DNA from: Ramazzottius varieornatus
Taxonomy: Eukaryota; Animalia; Tardigrada
NCBI GenBank assembly: GCA_001949185.1
Contig: BDGG01000001.1
Location: 6,547,591 to 6,611,590, forward strand
Reading direction: 5' to 3'
DNA: 64,000 nucleotides
Shown in pieces: positions 24,511-37,089 of this stretch. Positions within the stretch are counted from its first letter, which is position 1. Each line of letters begins with the position of its first letter. The position numbers were made by a program, and so were the translations under genes. Below the pieces are notes generated by a model, which was not told the origin of the DNA, made no database searches, and saw only the letters and a program-made list of their open reading frames with translations.

Positions 24511-26245
24511 AAAAGTAATTTAACCAAAGAATTTTTATTTTGGAGATTTAAGAAGTATTTTCTCTCTGGAGCTGAAAACTTTTAAATATTTTAGGCTCAC
24601 AAGGTCTGTGTTTTCATTTAAACTATCAGCTGTTTTTTCTTATTTTCACTTTGCTGATTTTTCTTATGTGTACTCCTTGTGTTGAAATTTGTGTACTCCA
24701 TGTGTTCACATCTTCTTTGATTTTTCATTTCTTCAGAGTTTTTAGGACTGCTCTCATTTATGGTATTTGTTTTATTCTCGAAAATTTATTCTATTTATTT
24801 CTTCTACTGGTGGTCTTCATTTTCTTTTTCAGAGCTCTTGTTTTCGATGAACCTTCTTTTTGAATAGCTATCTTATGTGTTTGGTTGTTTTCTTATATTA
24901 TATTTTTTTGATATTTTTTTTGAGGTTTCTCTTGAACCTTCACTATTTATTATTTTAGGACGAGAGTATCAGGTAGAGCGTATCCAAGCGTTTTTTCACT
25001 TATCCCTTCACACAATGTTCGGTTCTCTGCCCCTTGTTTTCTTTATTTGTTTGTAACTGGTTGTCTTTGGATTGGATGTTGTACTCTTTTAGAAATCATA
25101 GAGAAAATCTTATTTTACTATTATCATTTAAAGTTTGCTCTTTTCGTCAAGTTGCCACTTTACGGGCTTCATTTTTAATTGCCAAAGTCTTATGTTGAAG
25201 CTCCTGTTTTAAGGTCGATAATTTTGTTCGCTATCTCAATAAAATCAAGACTTAACGGATTTTATCGCACTCTACCTCTAATAAAATCTTTATTATATTA
25301 TTCTTTGTTTGCTTCGGTTTTTTATCGTGGGCGTCTCTATTAAGGAGATTAGTTTGTTTGCGCCAGAAAGATATAAAGTCTTCAGTTGCTTATTCTTCGG
25401 TAGGGCATATAGGTTTTGTACTTGTTGGATTTTTCTCTTTAGTCAAAGAGCAGTAAAGGCATCTATTATCATGATATTTCTCCTTGAGGATTGGTAACTG
25501 GTGTTGACGAATTTCAATTATTAAAATACTGAAATTTCAAATGGTCAATTTTTAGTCCAAAGATACAGCCATGCGCAAAACGCAAGCCAATTTGCAAAAG
25601 CACAAAGAGGCCCGGTAGAACCAGACCCCAAAACAATAAAACAATTCAAATCAGCTAAGAATCTCGGTTATTGATATCGACAATAGAATAGATCTCCTTC
25701 AAACCTCTGGGACTAGAAACGGTTCCGAAAACAGAGGCAGCATTACCACGTTGAATATCTATACTAAGCTTTTGCTTCGAAAACGAGAGAGATCTTGTTT
25801 CGCCGCTGGCTTCTGCTATTCTTTTGCCTATCTGCTGGATAAGGCTGGATCCTTCATGATATTAGCTCATGCTTTTTGTTCAAGTGCTCTTTTTATTTTG
25901 TAAATTTTCATTATGAACGTTCTTATCCCCGTCAAATCTTCAATAACCGGGGTTAATCAATTTTTTCGGGTTATTAGTATCATTTTGATTTTGATTTTTG
26001 GTAATGAACTTTTCAGCGCCCCCTTTGTTGTCTTTAGTAGGGGTACTAGCAGTTTTCATAAGATCTTTTTCAAAGGATTCAACTTATACATATATCTTAA
26101 GTTCAACAAGAAGTAGCAGCCTTTTGTATTTATTTATACAGAGTATGGTGCACGGATTTGGTTCGAAGTATTATATCTTACAACTAGAGATAGATTCAAA
26201 CTTTTTTGTTTCGTTATTTCATTTATCACCTGCTTTATTTTAAAG
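24511..26245 (+). pseudogene. nad4: NUMT trnP, nad4L and nad4 (nad4 interrupted at 25479-25853)
   Basis: YQVERIQA, LPKSYVEAP (for WLPKAHVEAP), DIKS.VAYSSVGH, AHAFCSSALF and NFSAPP are recognisable; trnP and nad4L boundaries are approximate. Confidence 0.85.
25479..25853. mobile_element. 375-bp non-mitochondrial insert in NUMT nad4 with a 10-bp TSD
   Basis: tcatgatatt at 25469-25478 and 25854-25863; nad4 reads through (..IIMI|LAHAF) once the insert is removed. Confidence 0.75.
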
Positions 26246-26628
26246 TTATGTTATTAGATTTTTTTTAATGAGAATTGATTTAATTCAACTATGAAATATA
26301 GAATTGTGGTTACAAAAATGGGTTTCCAATCAGTATTGACTTTATGATTTAGAGGTTTTGTTTTTAGGCTACATCGTTTTTCATATTTGGTAAAAATACT
26401 ATGGTTATTGAATTACAATTGTTTAACTCTTTTCACACTTATTTATCACTCTTTTATTATCAATGTTTATTCTATCTTATTTGTCTCAGTCGTTAGTCTC
26501 ATTTCTTCACAATTTTGTCTTCTCAGTTCTACATAGACGGTGACAATCAACAGAAGGGTTTGCTTTCTTTCGAGGGGCTTTGTATTTTCGATGTTTTCTT
26601 TAATTTCAGGCCTAATCTATCTTTTTTA

Positions 26629-26723
26629 CTTCTTGGGTGAGATGGTTTAGGCTTGATTTGATTTAGGCTTCTTGGGTGAGATGGTTTTGGCTTGATTTGA
26701 TTTGGGCTTCTTGGGTGAGATGG
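26629..26723 (+). repeat. 39-bp tandem duplication (about 2.4 copies) inside NUMT nad5
   Basis: cttcttgggtgagatggttt(a/t)ggcttgatttgattt(a/g)gg repeated. Confidence 0.9.
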
Positions 26724-27736
26724 CTATTTATTGCTGGAATAATGACTTCTTAATAAATAGGGGGAGGGGGATATATTTGTTTTTTTAGCTGGGATGTTTT
26801 CTTTGCTCTCTGGATTCTAATACTTTGATACCAAAGTTGTAATTTTCACACAGTTAGTTGTTTTTCTATTGATTACTTTTATCACTAAAAGAGCTCGAAT
26901 TGAATTTTCGTCTTGACTACCAGCAGCTATGGCTCCTCCCACATCTGTATCGTCATCGGTTCATTCTTCCACTCTTGTAACAGCAGCTGTCTTCTAATTC
27001 GTTTTGGCCCCAGTGTTATCCTACTAATGGTTTTGGTATTTTAATGTCTATCACAATTATCAATATTTTTCCTCAAGCCGTAATTTGAATTGTTGCAGGT
27101 TTGGATTGGCTGAATTCTCTACTATCTATTAATTTTAATCACAACTGGATCTCTAATTAAAATTATTTTAATTATGGTCCGTCTGTAAGTTTGCATTAAC
27201 CGTATTATCAGCAGGGATATGTATCCGTTGCTATGTCATCTTGTTCAGATAGTATGTCATTCCACATGTCCATCAAAATTTTCTGTCTGTATTTTGTCGT
27301 GTCCTCCACGCCGTTCTCGCACTACTCTCCAGCTTTTCTTCCTGCTATCTCTTTTGTTTGCAAGGGCTTTCCTTTAATTAGTACAGAACAAGGACTCGGA
27401 AAACAGCTTTTTCATCCCAAAGGAAGTTGGATTCTTCAGGTGTTGGTAGCGCGAGCTGTAGGTCTCTTCGCCATATCAAGAATCTGACCGCACACCGCAT
27501 GCCGTTGTTTTGTTGTGGTGGAGAAGCTGGGTGATTATTTAAAAAGTGTGGGATACTACGGATTGAAGCTCGAATCTACAGCAAACGTGGTTCCGCTGGT
27601 TTCCGTTTGACGTTAGTTACAAAAGTAAGAGTAAACTCGTACGTGACTGTACAATTTGGAAAACCATTGGCAAATCATACTTTAAGTCCTATGTTGTCGT
27701 GCTGTATGTTTCTTCGCTTCTTGCAAGCAAAGCAGA

Positions 27737-28688
27737 GATGTCCACTGTGTTCGCTCTCTTGAAGGACGCCATGGGAAGCTCGAAGAGCCTGACGATCACT
27801 GCTGACGCTTTGAAGACTATTCGTAAGTCTTATGTAGAGTCTGGATCAGGGCCGGCTCGTCCTGTATCGAATGCATTATAGTTTATATTGTGACGTCATG
27901 CGTTACCATCAGTTTTGCACTGCAATTAGGCGTAGCTCATGACGTCAATAATATCTTTTTTTCCTGTCTTTCAGAGTTGAACTACGAGGATGAAAAGCCT
28001 GAAACGGTGTCGAATGATCCACTGGCGAAGAGTGAAAAGTCGGAAACTACTTCTTACGAAGGTATGGGAGACAAGTGAAGCTTGGTCATTTGTAACCGAC
28101 TAATATTTTTGTGAAGTTGCAGGTCACAATGAAGTGCCACTTATGATGCCCCGTCCCATCTTGATGCGCCGATGGCGTTCGAAAATTTTTAGCGTGGGAC
28201 AGCTAACAAGTTTGGAACTCCAACAAGATCTACCGAGCTTCAAACTGCGAACCCGCAAACGCTGCCCGTCGTCGTTCCTCAAGCTTTGAATGTTCCCGTT
28301 GGTGGTTGGTAGTTGNNNNNNNNNNNNNNNNNNNNNNNNNNNNNNNNNNNNNNNNNNNNNNNNNNATCATCCCAAGACCTACTACCACGCGCATCGAGAT
28401 AAGACTCGAGCGGCCAACTACATCCGTGCCACTCAGAAGTTCGTGACTTGGCGCGACCAGCAGAAAAAGCAGACGCAGTTAACTCGGGAACAAGAGGGCA
28501 ACGAGCGAAACTTCGCACGACTTCGTGAAAAGTTGGAAAACAAGCGAGCAAGAGAAGACAGAGATGTCGCAGATAGGTATGCTGCGGAAGACAGTCGTCG
28601 TGTTCTCGATCGTAAACAAGAAGACTTAGATTTCGAGCAGCGAGCTCCTGACTACTGCGCCATGTATCGTGGTAAAGATCTTGTTTAG
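27737..28688 (+). CDS. Unknown multi-exon ORF inside the nad5 insertion, convergent with the hAT transposase; spans an assembly gap
   Basis: ATG at 27737, GT/AG boundaries (gtaagt ~27823, ttcag ~27974, gtatgg ~28062, gcag ~28122) and a charged helical C-terminus; no family recognised. Confidence 0.4.
28316..28365. other. Assembly gap (50 N)
   Basis: Run of n characters. Confidence 1.
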
Positions 28689-29153
28689 AGTTTCCCTACT
28701 GGTTTAGTTACAGTACGGGACGCGATTCTGTCCGGTCAGTCTTAGCATTACTGTATGGCTGATTGATGGTAGTCCTGTTCAGTCGGAACCTGCCCTGGTA
28801 AACGTTAGTACGGTAGAGTTGTGGCCACGGAACAAGTGAAGTGTCATGCCCCTTGGCTTTTGGTTTCCATGTTTGATTGTTAGATGGCCCATAACTCTGT
28901 CGTGTTGACGACCGGACAGAATCGTGTCCTGCAGTGTACGTCCCTTCAGTTTTTCCTGTAGCACTTATGGCTCTTTGGTGTCACTGTTGGTGCAGTATTT
29001 TTGACGGTCTTCCTTTTACTAATTACAACGGTAAACCAAAAATGAAGTAGAAAAGTAACATTGGTGCGATGGAATAACACAGAATGGAATAGTTCCTTGT
29101 ACAGTAATAATTAGTAGTGGTTGGAATTCCAACGGTTGGAGATCCGACATCTT

Positions 29154-31697
29154 TCAGCAACAGTAATATTTAGCATTTCGTCTAACAAAAACTTTCTGTT
29201 CCAATCTTTCACCGCCAAGTCGATTCTTTTTACCGGCTGTAGCATCACTTGCTGTCGAAAACAGTCTTTCCGATGGCGCCGAAGAGCATTGTATTGCCAG
29301 AACATCCAAAGCGAAAGCACTCAGCTCAGGATACTCAGTTGTATTTTGTAACCAGAACTTGCTTGGTTCGCTCTTCTGTGGGAAGACGGCTGCGGTTTCT
29401 GAGAGCATGTAAGAGTTTAACTGACGTTCTATAGGCAACTGCTGTTGTTCCGCTGTAGTATTCACTGGAGCACGAGCCAGAAGTTCAGTGAGGTACGAAA
29501 ACTCGTCGTCGTCACCGACGACCTTGGACTGAGGTTGATCGTGATCTAGAAACAAAGACAATGAATTGGAATTCCAACATTTGGAACTCCAAAGAGAGTT
29601 TAGTCACCTGTATTCGTGGAACCACAAGAATCATCGTTGACAGTCGAATTTCACTCTTTGTCGTACTGCAGAAGACCTTTCATTGTAATGGTTTGCTCCT
29701 TCTCCGTCAGTAGTCGGCGTAGCGCTGGATGTAACAGAGTTGCTTCCATCATGATGGGATCGAACGTTAAGTGTACAGGGTTCAACCGTACACCGAAGCG
29801 TACCACTATGTCGACTTGCACATCTACATAGAAAGGATTGATAGTGCTGTTTTGATTCGTTATCGAGAATTACATACTTCTAATCAGCGGGAAAAAGGGA
29901 TCCTCAATTTCATAGGAGCCCAGGTCTAACTCTTCAGCCAAAGTCTTCATATGGGATAGATGAGCCAGAATGTCTTACAGATGCAGTATGATTTTATGGA
30001 TGGTGCTTTCCTTTCATTCGAACCGTAACCTGAAGGGTACAGCATGTTTCTGTTGGATTTCCAACTGTTGGAAATCCAACGATTTGCGATGTTCACTCAC
30101 CAGCTTGAGCTTGCCAGCGAACTTTACGATTCCTTTCAGCATTAGCCATTCACCTTGAGATAAGTTAGGTACTTTGACTAGTTTCTCAACCACGATTATC
30201 GTTTTCTACAGCAGCGTGAATCCATTCTTTCCGTCATCAGAAGAGTGCTGGACCATCGTGTCGTGTTGTCTGAGATGAGCTTCAGACCGCCAGTCCGCGC
30301 CTTAAGTGCAGCGACGGCGGTGTGAGAATGGCCGAAGCTATTTACAATCACGCGAACTTTCGCCATGACATCCTTGATCGGTGGACTCTTCTCGAACAAC
30401 TTGACCACGAGCTTTAGAGTGTGCAGAAGCTTCCAACTCGAAAGCATCAAGCCGCCATCTCATCAACTTCCTCGTCGTCGTCCAGTGGTTCCTCCTCATC
30501 CAGCATACGCTGGACCATTGCTTCTTCTATCACTTGCAACTCGTCTTCTTCCGTAACACATTCTTCTAACTTCTTATCGTACAGCTTGAAGGCGGCATTC
30601 ATGTTGACGACTGATACTTTTTCTGGATTGATATCCCATTTCTCCAGTTCTTGTTTGAAGAGTTCGTACACATTCTTGGCTTTATGTAGGGGCGGAAATG
30701 AGACACTGCTCAGGTAGAGGTCGTACCTTACATAGGTCTTCTTGTCCGCAAAGTGTGCTGTGATTTCAAGGAACGCTTCGGTCATCCCCTTCTTCGTCCA
30801 AATATCTGGAAAACGACATGTTGGAGGTCCAACAGTTGGAATTCAACGTGAACAGTGAAACTGTTTCATACCTGTTGTAAAGCAGATTATTTCTGCATTC
30901 TTCAATAAATCTTTGATATTTTGACGAAGCTGTCGTTCGACAGAATCCATAGACGCACGTACGAGCTTCGACGTGGGCTTTGGCGTCCTGGGGTCCAAAT
31001 GGTAAATCAGATCCTTGAAGCTATCATCTTTGACTCCATTGAGAGTCATTGACGGTGATCGCAGAAAGTAAAGGCCAAGTTTTTTCAGGATGCTGTCATA
31101 CCTGCAAGTATACAGGCCGGTAAGCCATTGTAAAGACCGGTAAGCTTATTCCTGTAAAAAGATTTGAATTTGAACAATGCGCTTGCCTTGGATTCTCCTT
31201 GCTGTATGGTTTTCTTGCTTGGGTCATCTCTGCTAACGTCGGCTGGTGATGTTTTCTGCCGCCCTTCTGCTCCTTCTGAGCTTTGATTCTCACACATCGC
31301 TAGAAACTCCTTGTTTGCCACTGGGTGCTTCATCAGATGAAGCCGATTGTTTCCTGTATTCATTCCTTTAAGCTTGGTCGAGCATCCTTCCACGAGAGAG
31401 ACAGACCGACTTATCCTCTTCATCATGTCTGAAAAAGGTCCATATCGGTGAATCTTTCGGCCTTCCTGCTCCTGACTTCTTCTTCTTGACAGTTGGTGCT
31501 CCAACAGTTGGATCTCCAACACTCGTGTCGCTCGCGGTAGTTGGAGAAGGCGAAGGGGGAGAATTTTCCGCCGGTCCGGTCAAGTCTACCGTCGTCTCAG
31601 GCTGAGTCCTCCTCTCCTTTATTGCCTTCTTCGGCTTGGTGGAGCTTGGCCCTGTCTGACGTTTTCGCTTCTGACTATTTCTCGTGGGATTGGTCAT
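29154..31697 (-). mobile_element. Degenerate hAT transposase (BED zinc finger plus hAT dimerisation domain), intron-containing
   Basis: SPIWTFF..C..C..NTGN.RLHLMKH (BED finger), FTT|DIWT, HTLKLVV, DNTTRWSST, FWLQN..YPELSAFALDVLAIQCSSAPSERLFS; several frameshifts; element ends not found. Confidence 0.9.
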
Positions 31698-31988
31698 TAC
31701 CTATTTTACTATTGACTTGTGGGTCTAATTTTACTGTAATTTTACTATGTAGTAAAATTCGTCGTCTCGATTTCATAATTTTAATTATAGTAAAATTCAA
31801 AAGTCCCAGTTTTCGGCTATTTTCAATTATCTATTTCCATTAGTAGAATAACACTGTTAGGCCCTTCAATATGGGGGGTTTTCTATCCCATAATAGTCGT
31901 GTCAGTTTTTCGTATGTTAAAGGCGGGATAATAGCTAATTTACAGAGAAAATTATCGCTTAGTGTACCTCAAGACAACTATCTTTCCT

Positions 31989-32633
31989 TAGTGCTGGGAT
32001 AAATATGATATATCGTATTCTATCGAGATACATCACGTCACAGTGATTCGATATGACAAAAATATCATATCAAAATATCGATATGGACGGAATATCGCTG
32101 AGCGGAATATGATAAATGAGAACATCATATCGCGGTATATCGATATATTTCTGATATAGCGATAAATCGCACACCCGCACTTGAGAATCTGAACTTTGGA
32201 AGTCAATACCCCGGTTCGGTACCGCGCAGGCAGCGCAGCCTCGCCCGTAATGTATCGCGCACATGCATCCAAGCTGACTTCGGAGCAAGGAACGGTCAGC
32301 GTCCCTGGGTGCGTAACGACAGATCTTGATAGATTGAGCAACGATCACACTCGCGTACACGAAGACATTGGACATTTTTTCTGACTCGAATGTGAACGAC
32401 AGCCGTTTGGTTTCTCTTTGGCTCTTTCACGATTCCGATAGTTTTCAACATGGCACTGGCTTGATATATCGATATATCACTGCAATAAAGTTCGATGTAC
32501 CAACAATAAAATATCAGAAACGTATCACATCGAGATATTGATACGTGGTTGATATCTAAAACGAAATATAAATACTGAAAGATATTTATCAGAAAATATC
32601 ATATCGTGCTTTATCGTATTCATCCCAGCGCTT
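31989..32633. mobile_element. hAT MITE inside NUMT nad5
   Basis: TAGTGCTGGGAT..ATCCCAGCGCTT ends; TSD tctttcct/tctttcat; CGATA-rich subterminal regions. Confidence 0.85.
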
Positions 32634-33509
32634 TCTTTCATGACACTTCCTTATTCAACAGGGTTATTTATTTTTTGTTTTCCACCTAATAACTCATGCT
32701 TTTATTTATACCTCTTTATTCTCAGGGGGGTGGGGGGGGGGAGGGGCTTTTTAGAGAAGATGAAGGACGAGATATTCGTATTATATCTCCTTTTTGTTCT
32801 CTATCTCCTATTTTTTTTACTATATCTCATTTTTCTTCTCCTTTTTCCAACAAAACAAATTATTTGCGTCTTGGTTTATTGTGTGCATTTTATGCCTATG
32901 TGGCTTTCCTTTTTTGTCTGGTTTTTTCTAAAGAATTGAGTTTGGACACTTTGTTGAGTACTATAAGATTTATTTTTTTATTTCAGTTGGTGTTTCATTA
33001 AAAATCATGTGTTGCTTACGATTTTCTTAATTTAAATCCGTTTATTTTTCTTCATTTCGTTCAACCATATCCGGAGTTTATGGAAATGTGAAGTATTTAA
33101 TTTTTCCTATTTGAAGGTTAATTATTTTTTCTGCAGTGATAGGTTCTTTTCGAAGAGAGTTTTCATTGAATTTCTTTTTCTACTTAGTTGTTATTAATTC
33201 GAATAACTGTTTATGTAACATTAGTGGCATTTGGTCATTAGTGTTTTATCTGATTATTTTTAAGTAGATTTGTTTGTTGAAACTATATTTTTTGAGTTCT
33301 ATGTGGTTTATGAATCAAAATATAACTGTCCGAGGCTTTAAAACATTCATAAAACGAGCTAATGAAGTTTTTCGTTGTGTGGATCGAGGATGATTTGAAT
33401 TCTATGGACCACATTCTCTAAGCCACATTTCCAGCGTAATAATCTTTTGTAAGTTGACGACTGGCATATTTTTCGCAATCTTTATGTTTTTAATAGTTTT
33501 TTTGTTTGT

Positions 33510-33900
33510 TTAAGTAGCTTATATTAAAGCTTAGATCTGAAGAATCTAATCAAAGTAATCTTCTTTGCAGAATAAAGCCTTTGGCATTTTGACCATGAAA
33601 CTATAGTATTTATTTTGAATCATTTATTCAAAGATTTCTCATGAAATTACGCATTACACAATTATTAAAGTGACCGGCTCTAAGTTTCAAATTCTTTAAA
33701 TTGAAGGCTTCTTATAATTTTAGTTAACATCTAAACACTGTTTCAGTCACAATTCATAATAAATAAGGATTGAATAATCTAAATGTAGGTCCAAACTATC
33801 CATGTCTTATTTTTGGGTGAGGTCAATTGTGACAATTTTTAATTGCAATTTAAATTCTATTATTTTCAATACATCTTCATGGCCATTCTAAAGTACCTTG
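33510..33900. pseudogene. NUMT tRNA cluster: trnF on +; probable trnE, trnW, trnA and others on -
   Basis: gtagcttatattaaagcttagatctGAAga is trnF-like; TTC, TCA and TGC anticodon loops on the reverse strand; identities other than trnF are tentative. Confidence 0.45.
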
Positions 33901-34245
33901 TTGTCATTCAAGAACTAGACCCCCCCCCCTCCTCCCCAATAGTAAAGTGAAAAATGTTCAGTTAATTAGTGTAAATTCTTTCAACATAAAGGCTTCTTCT
34001 ACTATCGGACTTGGTAAAATTACAGCAATTTCGATATCAAAATCCAAAAATATTACTGTAATACTAAAGAATCGTAATGAAAATGCTATTCGATCGGTGA
34101 GATTTGATTCAAATCCGCACTCAAAATTTCTCATCTTTTCTTGCCATTTAATTCGTTTCTGGTTTTCAACAGATAGGATAGTATTATAAAAAAAGTAATA
34201 ATAACAATAAGGCTTAATATCGGTATTAAAATTACACTATCAGGA
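33900..34245 (-). pseudogene. nad3: NUMT nad3
   Basis: Reverse strand FECGFES..FSLRFFSITVIFLDFDIEIAV. Confidence 0.88.
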
Positions 34246-34309
34246 AAACATCTTGATTGTTAATTAAATATACTAAATATATTAAAAGTGTGAAAAGATC
34301 ATCAATACA

Positions 34310-35045
34310 GAAAACTATATATAAATAGTCATACTACATCAACAAGATGTCAAAATCAACTAGCGGCTCCTAATCCTAAATGAAGGTTTAGGAATATATA
34401 TTCAGATTACGTCGTATAAATGACACTAAAGAAAATGTACCCACTAATACATGTAGGCCATGAAATCCATTTGCTAAAAAGAAAGTTCACCCAGATCTTG
34501 AATCTCCGATCGAATATGAGGATTTTTCGGTACTCTCAACCGTGGAGCATGGTAAAATATAAACCTATGATAATTGTAATTAATATACTTATTTTCGTGA
34601 TTTTTTTTTTTTTTTATGATAACCAAAGTGGGCTCGAGTTACGAAGATACCAATTGCAATTAGAACGGTGCTGTTGAGACTTGAAAAAGATTAATCGCTG
34701 CAACCCCTTAAAGGAGGCCACATTAGTCCCATTTCCATATTAGGAGCTAATCTTCTAGGAAAAAAACTTGAAAAAAAATTCTGACGAAATGAATAATACT
34801 ATTCCTCATCGTAGCCCGTTTATAACTAAGTTTCTATGGCATCCTTGGTAGGAACGTTTTCGTGAGACATCTCGTGATCATTGGGAGGTATCAAGAATAT
34901 TAACTATAAAACCTGTGTTTATTATTGTGGGTGATTTAGTGCGTATTCAATTAATAGTTCCAACTATCAATAGTATAGCTAATACACTTCCTCCAGTAAA
35001 AATAGGTCACGGTCTGTTGAAAACTAAATGAAAGGGTGGTTTTAA
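34310..35045 (-). pseudogene. cox3: NUMT cox3
   Basis: Reverse strand HPFHLV..PWP, GLRWG..LFISSE, FTCISG, GLGAAS..HLVDVVWL. Confidence 0.85.
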
Positions 35046-35049
35046 TTTA

Positions 35050-35731
35050 TTATTAAGCTTCGCTCATGTATATCGAAATTACAATGGTAAATACATAACT
35101 TTGAATAAAAGCCAGTGCAGTTTCTAAGATACAGGTGTGATTTGCGCAAGCGACGTCGCCATGAAAAGTCGCCGCATTCTTGTAGGGCGGAATGACGCGT
35201 GCGCACCAGTGCAAACCGGCCAATGGCTTGACTGCGCATGCGCAACAGCGCGTTCTGCGCGATCATATCGCAATTTGCTTATTGACTCGCTTTTGCGCAA
35301 ATCCCACCTGTGTTCTAAGATTAGAAGAAATATTAAGAATTCTGCTTGAAAGGTTTAGCATAACAATATTACTTATGGCAAGACCTATTAGAATGAGTCC
35401 CGCTGTTATGTTGGCAGCTAAGCGTACTGATGAAGTAATAGGTCGAATAGTTTGACTCACTCTCTCAATGATTACTATAAATTGTGAAAGAGGGAGTGGG
35501 GTGCTCAAAGGTACTAGATGAATAAAAACAATGGTTTGTATTATAAAGAAATCGAAATATTAGAAAACCTAATCATAACGGAAATGTTAGAAATAAGGCT
35601 ACAGCTATGTGAGCTGTCCTTGTAAACACATAAGGTATCAAGCCTCTTAAATTTATTAGCAATAAACCAATAAATACAGTTATCAGAAGATTGGTTTTAG
35701 TTTAATTTCCTCTTAACTGACTAGTAAATAT
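35050..35731 (-). pseudogene. atp6: NUMT atp6 (interrupted by MITE 35130-35312; 5' end unclear)
   Basis: GLIPYVFT.TAH, HLVPLSTPLPL..IERVSQTIRPITSSVRLAANITAG, LETALAFIQSYV. Confidence 0.88.
35130..35312. mobile_element. 183-bp MITE inside NUMT atp6, 8-bp TSD
   Basis: TIR TACAGGTGTGATTTGCGCAA / TTGCGCAAATCCCACCTGTG; ttctaaga on both sides. Confidence 0.88.
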
Positions 35732-36039
35732 TGGATCTTGTAAATATTGGATCTTTCTTTCGGCTCCCCCTGTAAAAATAAGTAGTCTATTGATATGGTC
35801 CTAATACGTAGGGTTGTTGATGGATGGATAAACGGCTAAATGGATGGATAAGCGGATGGATAAGAACAATCAAAAAACACTCCTGCTCCTATTTTTAAAA
35901 AGACTACTACAATAAGACTACTGTTTGATTCCGTTATATTCACTATCAATCCTCTTGGTTAACTATAACTACTAGTAAATATATTGATCTAAATCTTTGC
36001 ACAACGAAATACAGTAAAGTAGCTTCCCCCCTTCTTTTT

Positions 36040-36290
36040 GTCTTCTAGGAGATAAAGCATAAAGTGTTGACCTCTAAGAAAACTCAAAATATAAGTGAAC
36101 TAATCGAGCTAACTATACTTGTTAACCGTAAATAAAACACCCCCATTAGAGGTAGATATTTTTTGATTAATAAGAGCAGGTTTTTATCGGTGAGGTATGA
36201 ACTCAATAGCTTGTTTAGCTTATCCTGTTATATTATATAGTGGTATATCAAATTTTGATTTCGAAAGAGAGATTTAAGTATTTCGATAAC
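36040..36290. pseudogene. NUMT trnD(-), trnM(-), trnQ(+)
   Basis: Reverse strand ttagagGTCaacac; reverse strand ggataagctaaacaagctattgagttCATacctc; forward tatagtggtatatcaaattTTGattt. Confidence 0.6.
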
Positions 36291-37032
36291 AATTATTTCT
36301 AATTAATTTTTCTTTGAGTTTAAAATATTTAACATAAAAAAATTCGATATTGGTTTTATAAAATGAAGTGGCGGTTCAGGTGCAGAATCCATTTGAGATT
36401 TAACAGCACTAAACAATTTTATACAAATTTTGACAAAAGGTTTCAGCTATTTCCATCAGGCCTATATTATGCCAGCAGCTACGGTTACATATATTTTATG
36501 TTTTTATGTGGAGATAAATTAATCACTATAATTTACGAGAAGGTAGGTCTGTACGTAAAATTATGCTTCCTATCGGAAATTTTTAAACGGTTTTTTTAGT
36601 GGAAAAAAACCCAAGAATAGATACCTTGTCATTGTTTTGTAACAACTAAACGAGTAAGGTTTAAATATTCAAAATTTAACAAATTTGGCGGCATTTGGTT
36701 TATCAGAGGGAGTAGTCTATTGAAAGAAAGTACGCGCATAAAACTACTTCATTCAATGAATTTATATATCGTCGTTGATATATTGCACTTGGTTTCATTA
36801 AATTTAGAATCGATTTTAGTTTTCAAATCTACATATAGTTTATAGTTAAGGTGAGATTGGTTACGATATCTTTATTGTTTACTTCAATAAGATATTTGAA
36901 TGCAATTGGATTCAAAAGTGAAAACATATGTAATTTTAATTTGTATATTTTTCCGAGTGTCCACATATAGCCCGTCACCTTTTCCCTTAGGTAAAAAGCC
37001 GTAACAAAGTGGGCTAATCGGAAAATTAGCCT
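36290..37032 (+). pseudogene. rrnS: NUMT 12S rRNA
   Basis: Degenerate universal SSU motifs tgccagcagctacggtta, aatagatacc, tttggcgg, cacatatagcccgtcacc, aagccgtaacaaagt. Confidence 0.9.
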
Positions 37033-37089
37033 TTAAAGCCTTTCATTCTTTTACAATGAATTATTACCTGTCATTAGGCTGCTATAAAG

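Larger units (their letters stand above)
26280..33512 (+). pseudogene. nad5: NUMT trnH and nad5 (pieces ~26345-27090, 31860-31988, 32634-33512)
   Basis: LLGWDGLG, ITKSA..FSSWLPAAMAPPTSVSSSVHSSTLVTA, then MGG..P, LPYSTG and a C-terminal DRGWFEFYG. Confidence 0.88.

Noticed and set aside
29120-31520. CRISPR-like array suggested by the recurring palindromes
   Set aside because: Spacing is hundreds of bp and irregular, the context is a eukaryotic transposase gene, and there are no cas genes.
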